A stretch of DNA of 64,000 bases from Felis catus. Lineage: Eukaryota. A program made the position numbers and the translations under genes. The stretch covers positions 24,120,001 through 24,184,000 of the forward strand of contig NC_058369.1 of the NCBI RefSeq assembly GCF_018350175.1. Reading direction: 5' to 3'. Positions 52,641 to 64,000 of this stretch are shown in pieces (position 1 is the first letter of the stretch; the number at the start of each line of letters is the position of its first letter). The notes beneath the pieces are model-generated. The model did no database searches, was not told the DNA's origin, and saw nothing but the letters and a program-made list of their open reading frames with translations.

Positions 52641-55600
52641 CTCCCTAACAAGTGTAAACATGGAACAACAACATGACATCAACAGCCTCATCAGCATCCT
52701 CGTGGCACTGGCCAACGTGTACTCTGTGCTGAGTGCTGTTTCCTAAGTGACCACAGCACTAGGAGGTGGGTACTACTGTCACCTAAGATCCAGAAACTTT
52801 TCTCACATCACACAGGTAGCAAGTGGCAACATCAGGAATCAACCCAGGAATCCATTCTCTTAACCAGTGTGGTAAAAGCACACCATAGAAAAAGCAATTA
52901 TAGCTCTACATGATAAAGAGAAAAAAATATTTACATGTATCCAAAAATTATCAAACAAACCCTGCTAATGTTATGTGAATGGGTGTCTGTGGCTTTTTGT
53001 AAGACTCCACTGAGTTGTTCATATATGTGTTTCCAAAGTACTGGGGTCAAAGTGCTCAGAGGCGAAGGCAACTAGACTGGGAAGTCTATACCAGGTGATG
53101 GAAAAGCCCCTCCAGAGGGTCACTGGCTCTCGGGTAAAGAATGTTTGTGGATAGTTCGGGTGAGATTCTGCCATTAAATATAACAGTGACAAAAAGTAAT
53201 CAGTGATTTAAGATGTAACCAAATAAACAAAATAAGCATCATAAGTAGACATCTTGACTATTTTATCTATACCCCCTATAAATTTATATAGTCAAACGTG
53301 AACATTTTTTATGAAATTTAGAAATAGTAGATGGCTATATAATCAGGGTGGCTTATATTTGGGTGTATACAATGATACTTCCTGACACATAAATAACAGA
53401 AGGTAGTGCTCATCAGAACCAGGGAAAGGGTCCGTCCCTCAGCCTGAAAACATTTGCAGGGAAGCCCAACAAAGCTACAGGAGGTGGCTTGGGTGCAAAA
53501 ACTCAGGCTGCTTTTGCATACAGTGTTCATCTTCTGAACTTGTACTGCTATCTACTCCAACCTATTTTTAAAAATCTATTTGGGCTATTATTTCCCCATC
53601 TCGTGGTATGTCTTATGTTATGTTTATGTCTTTATGGTTTTGTCTGTCCATTAGACAGAATGAGAGAGAAGAACCTGGTCTCAGAAACCAAGGAGGTTAG
53701 TACAGAGCCTGACACAAGTGACTGTGGAATGAAAGAATATATAAATGCAACTTCGATTTCATAAGCTTTAAAATATAGAGATATGTATGACCTTATTTTT
53801 ATGTGGGGAAAAAACAAGTCTGAAGAATTTAAAATGTTACAAAACCTATTACAGCTGAAAAGAGGGTCCTCCTTTGGCTGTAATGTACCTCCCAGACTAC
53901 CTAGTCCCCAAAGATGCACTGCTAACTACCACCCTGTCTCAAACATTGGACTCCAGTGCACACGTGGCAATTCCTGTGAAGTGAAACTTTATCCAGTCGA
54001 CCAAGACATAGTCTAGGATGGCCTTAAACCCCCATTTAGAGTAAAGGACAAAATAACCTGAAAGGTGACTAAAAGGGTAAGGCTTTTATTAAGCCAGGTT
54101 AAGAGAGGTGTAGTTCATTCAGAAATTATAAGCTCATTTATGATCAGACTCAGGCATCCAGGAGACATACATACATTCAAGGTTATATTGTTTAACTGTT
54201 AACGTGTTCAAATTTGCAGTTTTCTAATTTCTCATAAAGTTCCTTTCACAGCCAAATAAGTACAACCAAAATAAAAACAAGCCTGCTAGTAACAACACAG
54301 GGATGCTCTGTGCTTGATTTTCAACCCGTACAATTGATTTTGGCAGCATAGCAGGAACCTAAAGCGCTACAGTCCACATACCAAAGAACGGCTTTAGTGG
54401 GAAGAGGGCAAAACTATGTCCAAATGAGAATTGACAACAAATACCTAAAATAATTTAATTGTATATTGTAAGGTTGGAATAATTTCCACTTATTCCTCCA
54501 AAACATTCTTCATCTAATTTGGATTTGGGGCATAGCATTATGTGAGTTTATGATCAGAAGTCAGTGTAGATCCCAAAGTCAAGAAGTGATAGGGAATATC
54601 ACTGTGCTTGTCATAAACATCAGCTTTTTAAATGAGGTGCAATTTTTAAAAAGTATATCAGAGGTAGAATTCTCTTGGCCAATCATTCTAACAAAACTGC
54701 TTTTTAATCAAGTGGCAGGCACAAAGACACTGCAAGATGCCCAGGTGAATTCTTATTCATCAAAGATAATTTTATGCTTAACACAGTGTCACTGCAGAGT
54801 TTTTTCAATCTCAAACTATAATCAAAGAGCTAATTGTATATCTCAGTTATCAGCACTGTGAATTGTCTAGAACAGCATTTACCCAAGTTCCATAAAATAC
54901 TAACTCTTTGCAACGTAAACAGATGTTCCAGGAAAAGAAAAATTCTTTTCATTAAATGACTTGGAGAAATTTTGGATTAAAGAACATTAAACAGGTCTCT
55001 TGATTACAGAACATCCAGAGTCTTGACTATGCTAATATGCATAGTGGTTCTCCAAGCACAGGATAGAGTATGTATTGTTTTCCAAAAACATTTGACAAAT
55101 GGAATCCTTTCTTCTAATGATATCTCATAGAATTTCACTTTGATAAACATGCTTTGGGAAATGTGAACCTAGATCAGATCAACCCGGTTTTTGTCAAATT
55201 AGTCTCTTTGCATTTTCCCACAGTTCATTATGACCCACATACTTGAGGGAGAAAATAGCCGCTATGACATAGTGGCTTATTAAAATAATAGTCTACTTCA
55301 CCAACAATTACATTTAAAAGCCACATATATCCTGCTCTTGAGAAAGAAGTCTGAAACCCAGGTGGCTCAATTCTGAGGAGTTCCTGCATTGTGTATCTTG
55401 TGTCCAGACTGTCACAGTTCTAATCTTTATCTTATACTAAAAAAGTAGCAATCGGTGGATGTGTTATTGTAACCAACTACTCTGAAGAAAGAAAACATTA
55501 TGTTTTAGGGCACACAACAAAGTTTTCTCAAAATGGCAGATGTGGCACTTCAGATAGAGAAGAGAAAGAGTTTAGAATAAATGATATTTAAAGCCAAATA

Positions 55601-56847
55601 ATATATTTGCACCACAGCTGGTACTGAAGGAGACCAATGGATTCCCAACTGGAAGACATCCTTGCTACTGACATGGATGCTCTATGTGGGCAGCAGCATC
55701 CCCAGTTGTTCATGAGCTGCCCTCTTGGATGGCACCTTTAATTATCACATGAATGCACCCTTAAGTTAGTCTCAGGATGCCAGGATTTTGGAGTTGAAAG
55801 GGGACTTACCTTTCAATACAAGCCTCTCATTTTGTAGATGAGAAAACAGGCTCAGAGAGGAAAAAAAAAATCACTTGCCCAAGATTACATGGTTAATTAG
55901 TGACTGAGCCTAGACTAGAACCCACATCCCCAACTGCCTTAGTACTCTCTTTCCTTACCCACTCAACTCCTTGTAGCCCAGAGCAGACCTGTGGTTCAGA
56001 GAGCCTTCTAGAAGCTTCTGTTCTGACTTGTCCAGCTGCAGACATACCCTCATGGCTACCTCCTTCCAACGGTTTTTCATTCCAGAGCAAGAAGCAGCCA
56101 AGGAACACATGATCTGGTTCACTTACAGAAGCTGCTGCAAATCAGATGCCCAGGGAAGGACATCTTTAGTCAGGAAAAAGATCTTGAGATATTCAAAGGT
56201 AAAGAATCTTGTCTTACCAACTGTTAAACTGCAACAAGTAGCACAGTACCTGGCACACAAAAGTCCTCAAAAAGCATCAGTGGGGCTGCTTGCAGAACTC
56301 AGGGCAGAGCGTTGCATGCCCTGAAGAAGCATCCCAGTCTCTCCCATTATTTAAAAAAAGAAAAGAAAAGAAAAGAAAAAACTTATCCACTATTCCACAA
56401 AATTCACATGATGCCTCCTTACCCAAGTTTATGCTATCTAATTCTTCCATTTTTGGAGTAGCTTGACCATCATCTTCACTGGTGCCACAGTTACTGGGAC
56501 CAGTAAGCATATAAAGAAACAGTCTGCACAGGAGAGAGGGGTGCACCCACTCATGACTGAGACCTGAGAAAGAATGCCAGTTCCTTCTCCTTTTAATGTC
56601 ACCAAGTCCCAATCTTCTCAACTGTACAATGGTTCCAAAGATGGTAGCTACCTGGGAAGCTTCTTGAGAAGATTAAACAAGTCAACAGGTATACAGAGCA
56701 ACTTGGCCAACTAGGATTAGTTTTTAACTAGGTCTTTTGTATTGAAAAGAAGTGTGAAGCTGGGTAGGCAAGAGTCCTGAGACCAATTATGTGTGTCTTC
56801 CATGGGCGTCAAAGAGGAGAATACCACATACACATCACATACTCACT

Positions 56848-57210
56848 GTCGATGAAGTGGTGTCCTGCCCAGATTCCTCTTCAGGACTAAGGCATTCCTT
56901 CCTTAGTTGTGAGGGATGTGCCTTCCAAGGTTATGCCCTTCGCAGAGGTTGCTGGGATCCACTTACTTATTGATGAGGGGTAACAAAGGCCCAGCCCTCT
57001 CATCTGAATTGGGGTCAACTCCCTCAAAATGGCCACCCCACCTCCATGGGGTGCTGATGGGAAATACTGAGCATCCCTTGCAACTACATTCCAGTTCAAC
57101 TTCTCCAGTGCCCAGTCCTGCTTCTCTCTCTTCCTGAGATCCCCCTGTCCCAATAAACCTCCTGAATGTTAATCTCACTCTCAGTTTTGCAGGGAACTAA
57201 ACCAAAGACA
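56848..57210 (+). mobile_element. ERVL solo LTR (LTR16-like)
   Basis: Starts tgtcgatgaagtggtgtcctgcccagatt. Ends gcccagtcctgcttc...caataaacctcctg...aatctc...cagggaactaaaccaaagaca. Confidence 0.7.
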
Positions 57211-57543
57211 TTATCATTAGGATAATTCATTGCTCAATAAAAAGTAGTGGCTAATATTCTTATTGTTGAAATGTTTAAGCAATCCACGCTTCTTTTCTAT
57301 GACAAGAGACTTCCTGAGTCCCTTTACAGGTGACATCCCTTTATGGTTGAGGAACGTGGCAAAGGTATAAATAACTTAAACAGATCTTTATTTACCATCT
57401 AAAAAGTCCTAAGTTATATAGTCTGTTCTCACAATTTTCTTCACCAAGGGCTTGGCACTTCTTTAGGTATTCCAATTTTAAAGACATAAAAAAGAGTCAT
57501 AGAAGATGATAGAATACTCTGTTTATAAACTTTGCATAACGCA

Positions 57544-57761
57544 GGGGTGCCTGGGTGGCTTAGTCGGTTAAGCATCTGACTTCAGCTCAGGTCATGATCT
57601 CATGGTTCGTGGGTTTGAGCCTCATGTTGGGCTCTGCATGCTGATAGCTCAGAGCCTGGAGCCTGCTTCAGATTCTGTGTCTCCCACTCTCTCTCTTCCC
57701 CTCCCTCAGTCACACTCTGTCTCTCTCTCTCTCTCTAAAAAATTAATAAACATTAAAAAAA
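57544..57761 (+). mobile_element. Can-SINE (felid)
   Basis: TSD ATAAACTTTGCA[T/C]AA[C/A]GC at 57525-57542 and 57762-57779. Confidence 0.93.
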
Positions 57762-58966
57762 ATAAACTTTGCACAAAGCTTAGTGTACTCTGAGGAATCA
57801 TTTTATGTCATCTTAAATGGCCAATCTAATATCCAGTGCTGAGAGAGCACAAGCCCAAGTTTGGGGCTTACAGTAATGATTCAAATCCTACTGAAGGCAG
57901 ACATATAGCTTCAGTGGGCTACACAAATGCCACCAGACATGGATGCACAAGGCCTGAGATTTGGTCTCCCCTCTGCCAATAACTCCAGCTGGAATCTTGG
58001 GCAGGTCATGTGCCTTTGCTGGGCCTGACATCCCTCAGCAGCAAAGCAAGGGGCTTGTATTAAATAAAGTGTAAGGTCCTTGCTAGTAAGAAAAACTTAT
58101 AATTTCTAAACATTGCAGGGGCTTTCCAAGCAACATAAATAAGTAAGATATAGAGGGAAAGTGTAATACCAGAGAATAAATTAAAAGTGTCATAAATTCA
58201 AATTACCAACTTTCCAAATGTGTATTACAGGAGAGACTATTAAGTGACTAGGAACAGATTTTATAGTTGTATTTTCCTTTTGCAAGATTTCCATCTAAAT
58301 CATTGCCCATGTCATTGATTGTCATTTCCTTAATCTGGAGTGTTGGAATATACAGTTTAGCAATGTTGTGGACAAAGCCATAAGTCAAAGTTAACATTTT
58401 TAAAAATTAACCATGCCCAGGTCTCTGCCTTGCATAGCAACATGCTGAAATACCAGCATCTATTAAAAAGAGGTTATTGATGTTGGGGTGACATGCACTG
58501 TGATTTGCAGGTGCTCCCCTGACTAACCTCTGGTAGTCATATCTCAGGGTAAAGCTGCCATAATTACCCTTACCAGGAAGAGTTGGTTTAACTGTACTGG
58601 TTTTTTTTGTTTGTTTGTTTGTTTGTTTGATGCATGTTGAACATGACTGTCCTTTAAGGATTTCTGGGTCCCTAGTGTGTGTGAGTTATCATGTGAATTC
58701 TACCTCTGAGAAAATAAGGTGTGCTGTCAGCATTATTTTCTTCTTTCAATCCCCTTGCCTTCAAAGTGTGGGTTCTTCAGTAATTCCTTCATTCTCTCTA
58801 CTTTGAAAATTATACTGCACCTGCTACAGATGCTCCCAAGTACACACCCTAAAGGTTTCTTTTCTCAGTGACTTTTAATGCACTTTTGGTTCAGAAACTT
58901 TTGCCTGGGGAATCAATTTCTTCAGTTTCCAAAAGCTGAGGTTGTCTGACCTTCACAGGAAAAACT

Positions 58967-59181
58967 TTTTTAAAAATTTTTTTCATGTTTATTTTTGAGA
59001 GAGAGAGAGAGAGCATGAGCAGGGGAGGGGCTGAGAGAGAGGGAGACATAGAATCTGAAGCAGGCTCCAGGCTCTGAGCTGTTTGCACAGAGCCCAGTGT
59101 GGGGGCTCAAACTCACAAACCGTGAGATCATGACCTGAACCGAAGTCGGACACTCAACCAACTGAGCCATTCAGGCGCCCC
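58967..59181 (-). mobile_element. Can-SINE (felid)
   Basis: TSD TCACAGGAAAAACT at 58953-58966 and 59182-59195. Confidence 0.93.
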
Positions 59182-62100
59182 TCACAGGAAAAACTCTTAA
59201 GCATCAGTACTTCCTCAAAGCTTTGACTTTAAGGATACCTACAATTGCAGATGAGTCAGTGAACAACTGCCTGAGGCTCAGTTTCTCCATCTATAAAATG
59301 AAAACATACAAACTTGCCCCCAGCCAATCCCAAAATCAATGGGAAGATCCAGCATGAAGATTACCCCCATGGAAGCACTTTGAGAAGCACCCAGAGCTCT
59401 GGCTGGGATTTGTTGTTATTGCTGTTGACTAAACTGATTATCTGCAGTGATTTTAATAAACATATAAAAATGGTGTCTCCAGTTTATGGTCCAAACCTCA
59501 CCTCAAAGTAAGCCCAGAGGTCAGAGTTAAAGGTAAATAGAAGAAAGGCAGATTCTACAAAGCAAGCCCCCCTCTCTCCTTAGACCTGAAGTACATCTAT
59601 GAAAGCTTCTAATTCTCACTGGGGAGCACAGGGGAGGATGCATGCTGCCTTTCCCTTAACAATTTATATTTCAGGGACCAAAAAGAGAAAATGGAATAAT
59701 ATCTAAAAAATAGTCGGATCCTTCTTAGGAGCCTCCTTCAAAATGAGTAAGAGATTACCACATTATTCCATCAAGTTTCCTTTCTCCATCTCCCATTTCC
59801 TCAAGCTTTGTCATCCCAGGGCATTCAGGACTCTATTTCCATAATAATAATGATTTAATTTGACAAATATGTTGCATTTCATTCTGTAGGATCTTCAGCC
59901 TTTGACAAACATTCACTTTGCTGAAGACTGTCTAAGAGCCACTAATGGAGTGAAAGCCGAAAACCCTTCAGAAAAGAATAATGAACCCCACTCTGTCTCC
60001 AGGGGTAATTTAGTAGGTAGATTAGGCTACCTACTAGGTTGATTAAGGGTAAACCTCTCTTTTCCATAGAAATATATTGTGTTTGTACAGAAGGGCTGTA
60101 TGAAGTGGAAGATTAGGTCACAAATCCTCAGGAAAAAGCAAAATATGTTTCTCAGAAGAAGAAACATGCAAGTTACTGCACATTTGGAAAAACAAACAAT
60201 ACTTTATTGGTAGGAAAGAAGAAAAACTCCATATACAAGTTTTATTTACATGATTTCACCGGGCTTCTTGGAACATTTCTAACAAATGGTTAGTTCTCAA
60301 ATACATTGCACAGGATGCCTCATCACCTCTGACAGTCTATGAGTTACTACAAAGAGTAAGGACTCAACTCAAGGCTACCAGAAACTAATTTTCAAATAAG
60401 ATTTTCTGAGACTGCCTATAGGGATCTGTTGTAACAAAAGTCATTTTTAGCTCATGGGGGATTATAGTGTGAAAGAAAAACAAATGTCAAAATAAATCCC
60501 CAAGGAAAGAAAGCACTTCTGTAATAAACCTCAGTCCTACCCTCCAACATTCTGTGCCCTCCGCAGACTCAAAAATACTTGAGTATTTCTTGTTGTCTGA
60601 AACCATGAACAGAGTCTGGAAATGTTGGACGTGGCTCGGTCCACATTTCAACAATGTGATGGAATTTATTCACAACTTAATGGAACATCCCAATCTCTAC
60701 ACATCAAGATTGAAAATCCCAAGGCAAACAAAACACCTTGCATTGAGTGTTAAAAGAAATCATATTAAATTCTAATGCAATTTTGAACAAATGTGGATTT
60801 TTCTTTTAAACCTGTGTTTGGAGAACTTTTCGCATCTTTCCATATGTTGAACAAGATGGCTGAAATGGAGCCTCCCTAAATCACTCTACACTGTGCCTAC
60901 TGAACAGCCATGAAAAACCAGGAACTGAATAAACGTGTTTTGACAATGATGGATCTCTTAACTCCACTGGTCAGGTTTCTTCTAATGGCAGTACTTAGAA
61001 GTGTACCATCACACAGGAACATAGATCACAGTCAGAGTAACAATTTTAAGCTTAGGGAATTGAAAGAGAAATGAACTTACCTCAGTGACTTGGAGAGATG
61101 AACATACAGATATGAGGCTTAAAAAATTGCTGCTTAAAACATATGTGTCCCTCTGCAAAGAAACAACTTACTAATGCTTGGGAACTTCATAATGAACTAT
61201 ATGTTTTGCTGAAAGCTATACATTTTTTGAGGTTTATGTTGTTTGTTACACTTCCTCTGTTAGCTGTTACACTTCCTCTAACTCTAATTGGAGAAGCAAA
61301 GTAAAGGAAGTCCCCTTGGAAAAAAGACATGGATGTAGAGGCTCACACAAATTGAAAAATAAAATTGTCTTTCTAGCTTTTTTTTTTATTTTTTAGAACT
61401 CTACTAAAAGGACAAGAATAAATGGGAACATTCATTTGCTTTTTAAACTCATCACACTTGGGTTTAACCACTGGCAGAGAAGAAACTTTACAGTTCCCTG
61501 GGAACCTATAATTTGGAAACGGAAGCACACAAGAACAGACTTTAGTTTTCAGGCAATAAATTGAAGAGAATTCTGCAGACATACAACAGAAAAAGGGCAT
61601 AAAATATTGGCTTGTGCATTTCTTAGAATGTTAGTTCATTAACTCGATAACTGCACAGGGAAAATTGCAGCCAAAATCTACAAAGATGTCCAATGGGATT
61701 TCAAATTGGCATATTTACTCAGCAAGAAATAGCTAGAGGCTGGGGGTATGGGGTGGGAATGCATCCCATTCTGGTAATGACGATTTAGTGTGAATCTCCG
61801 GAAAGGCACCTTGTTGAAAAATCTCCATGCAATCTCTAAGGGGACACACAGAAGCCCAAAGCCCCAAGGCCAGACATAAATATCATCCTCCACAATCTGT
61901 GTCTTGGGGAACAGTTCTACAGAATTGTACAAAAAAATCATGATCTTACATTCACCTTTAACACACAATTCAACATAAACTTGAAAAATGTTTTAATTTT
62001 CCTCCTTATTGCCCAATAGGTTGTTTAATGTTTTATTGGAAACTTTCGTTTATTGTTGTATGCTCTATATCTGTATTACTCATCAGTATAAAATAGTTGC

Positions 62101-62189
62101 AAAGGATCTGTTGGACGATACTCCCAATGGTCACTGTCTTCTATGGTTAAAAGCTCATTATCAGTCTCTCTGGGAGAAAGCTCTAGTAA

Positions 62190-62390
62190 CTGAACCCTAC
62201 ATAGATCAGGTACTGTGCAAGGCCCTTTCATAAAGTGTATCTTATTCAACCCACCCAGGGAGGTAGAGACTGTAATTCCCACTTATGGATGAAAAAAAGT
62301 GAGAGTCAGAGAGGTTCCCAGCCTTACTCCTAAGCTAATAGTAATAAGGGTCGGTATTTGAAAACTGGACAGTTCAGCTTCATGGCTCTT
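62190..62390 (-). mobile_element. MIR
   Basis: Contains caggtactgtgcaaggccctttcat...gtaattcccacttatggatgaaaaaagtgagagtcagagaggtt. Confidence 0.65.
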
Positions 62391-62989
62391 TCTCTCTCCC
62401 TTCCTGCTCTCTTTGCCAAATTCTCCAAAACATGATTTAAGAAGTTAAATCAAGAACACTCTCTATTCCTATAGATTGTGGGTATTTTCTCCAAGGGGCA
62501 ATAATTCAAGGTATTCAAGGTATTTTCAGACAAAAAAGGAAAAGGACTCAGGACAAATGCACTAAACTGTCTTCTGTCCTTAATGGATCAAGCTGCGCTA
62601 GCTAGGGTGCTGGTCTCTTCACTTGTATCATGAGAAGCCAGTGGGATCAGAATGCAGGGCTGTGCAACAGAGACAACCAGTGGTCAATTCCATTGCACAT
62701 GTGCTTCAGAGAACCCACAGTGCTTTTTAAAAGTGAACTAAACCCATAGATTCCACATAAAATTTCTATTTTATGGCAATCATAGGGTCTCTCAACCCTA
62801 GACCTACCTTTGTGGCAGCATTCAGCCAAAGCTTAGTGGTCTCAATTCCTTTTGATGAGCCATGGGCTCTTGAGTTCTTCACAGTCCCTACTACTCTCTA
62901 TCATATCCATATACTAGGATGTAATTTTCATTATGTCTATGTCATTGTTTTTTCTTATGTGGGGAAATATTTCTACAAATCCTATCTCT

Positions 62990-63462
62990 TTTGACAGATT
63001 GAACAACTGGCCTCAAGCCCTTACCCTTCCTTTTATCTGCCCCTGTAAAATGTTCTCTTCACGGGGAGAGTACTTCCCCAATCCTTGCTTATTTGCTCAG
63101 CCATGTGCCTTGTTTTGGCCAGTGGGGTGGGGTGAAAAAATGTCAGTTTAAGTCTAGGCTTTATGAAACCTTGTATGTTTTTGCTTACTCTCTGTGCCTC
63201 TGCTACTATCATCAGAAGAGTTTCTCCTAAGTCACTGACACCCCTTCAGCCTGAGTCTCAGAATAAAAACATGTGGAATGGAACTGCTCCAGCCACCCAC
63301 AGACCTGCAGTGAGAAAAAGGTATGCCCACCCAAGTCTACTCTGGAGAAGCTGAGCCACTTAGCCTGAAAAATCTGTGAGAATAACTATTGATGCTTTAA
63401 AGTCACAGGGTTTTGGGATGATTTGCTACACAGCATTATTATGGCAGTTGCTAACTGATACA
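62990..63462 (+). mobile_element. MaLR solo LTR (MLT1H/I-like)
   Basis: Contains gccatgtgccttgttttggccagtggg...ccccttcagcctgagtctcagaat...ttttgggatgatttgctacacagcattattatggcagttgctaactgataca. Confidence 0.75.
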
Positions 63463-64000
63463 TCTCCACCAAAGAGGAAAATTAAAAGGCTGAAAGAATG
63501 AGACATAATAATTTTTTCTTACATGCAAACCTGTTTCTTATTTATGCTAATAACCTAGACCCTGAAGGCATCTGAGTATGCAACTCCTGCCATAAAACTA
63601 TAAACCTAAGAACTAAAGAAGGTTGGGTTTGTGAAATGTTTCTTAGCATGACTGTATATCTAGATTGGACTAAAACGGCCCAGTTTTTGCCTGTTGCTAT
63701 TATGTCCTGGTTTGAACATATTCGACTTTGTCTCCAATTTTAATAACAGGCTGAATCTCTTCAATCTCTCCTTTGGAATCTGATCCAACAGCTATTATTG
63801 TTGCAGAAAACACTCTACCTGATATTTCTCTGGATATGATACCTATTTGGTTGGCTGATTCAAGAAGTCAGCACGTCCAACCATTACAAAAAAACGAGTG
63901 TAGAAAAAATCAAATTTAGTAGGTGTCAATCCCATAACTACCAACCAATCCACCACCCATGTAACCAACCAAACAAGATTCTAGTTGACAGACACTTATT

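Larger units (their letters stand above)
5602..64000 (-). other. ERC2: Large ERC2 intron upstream of the exon, continuing beyond the window
   Basis: The preceding exon (expected to end ...DNSQHLQ) was not recognised in the window. The sequence is repeat-rich and non-coding. Confidence 0.8.

Noticed and set aside
1..64000. CRISPR arrays, operons, prophage or another novel multi-gene system
   Set aside because: The sequence is a mammalian intron. No regularly spaced repeat-spacer array or gene-dense region was seen.

Overview
This is AT-rich mammalian genomic DNA from a felid carnivore, identified by SINEC_Fc-type Can-SINEs and a cat-type L1 3' end. The only supportable protein-coding sequence is one 161-nt internal exon on the minus strand (5441-5601) with canonical splice sites. 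Its peptide (IEELMNALEK...LEEILEMK) matches ERC2 (CAST1/ELKS2), a presynaptic active-zone scaffold. Everything else appears to be ERC2 intron: about 5.4 kb downstream and at least 58 kb upstream, with no further ERC2 exon recognised. The intron is dense with retrotransposon and DNA-transposon relics (about 11 Can-SINEs, mostly with visible TSDs; L1s of several ages; MaLR and ERVL LTRs; MER3, MER5A, MER58A; MIR and L2) and microsatellites. Nearly all ORFs in the supplied track are chance or repeat-derived. I found no convincing novel biological system. The best leads are a candidate 72-nt in-frame cassette exon (61081-61152), a palindromic mosaic at about 28.75 kb, inverted L1 and SINE pairs, and isolated CTCF, YY1 and G4 motifs. 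Repeat subfamily names are recalled by eye and need RepeatMasker/Dfam confirmation.
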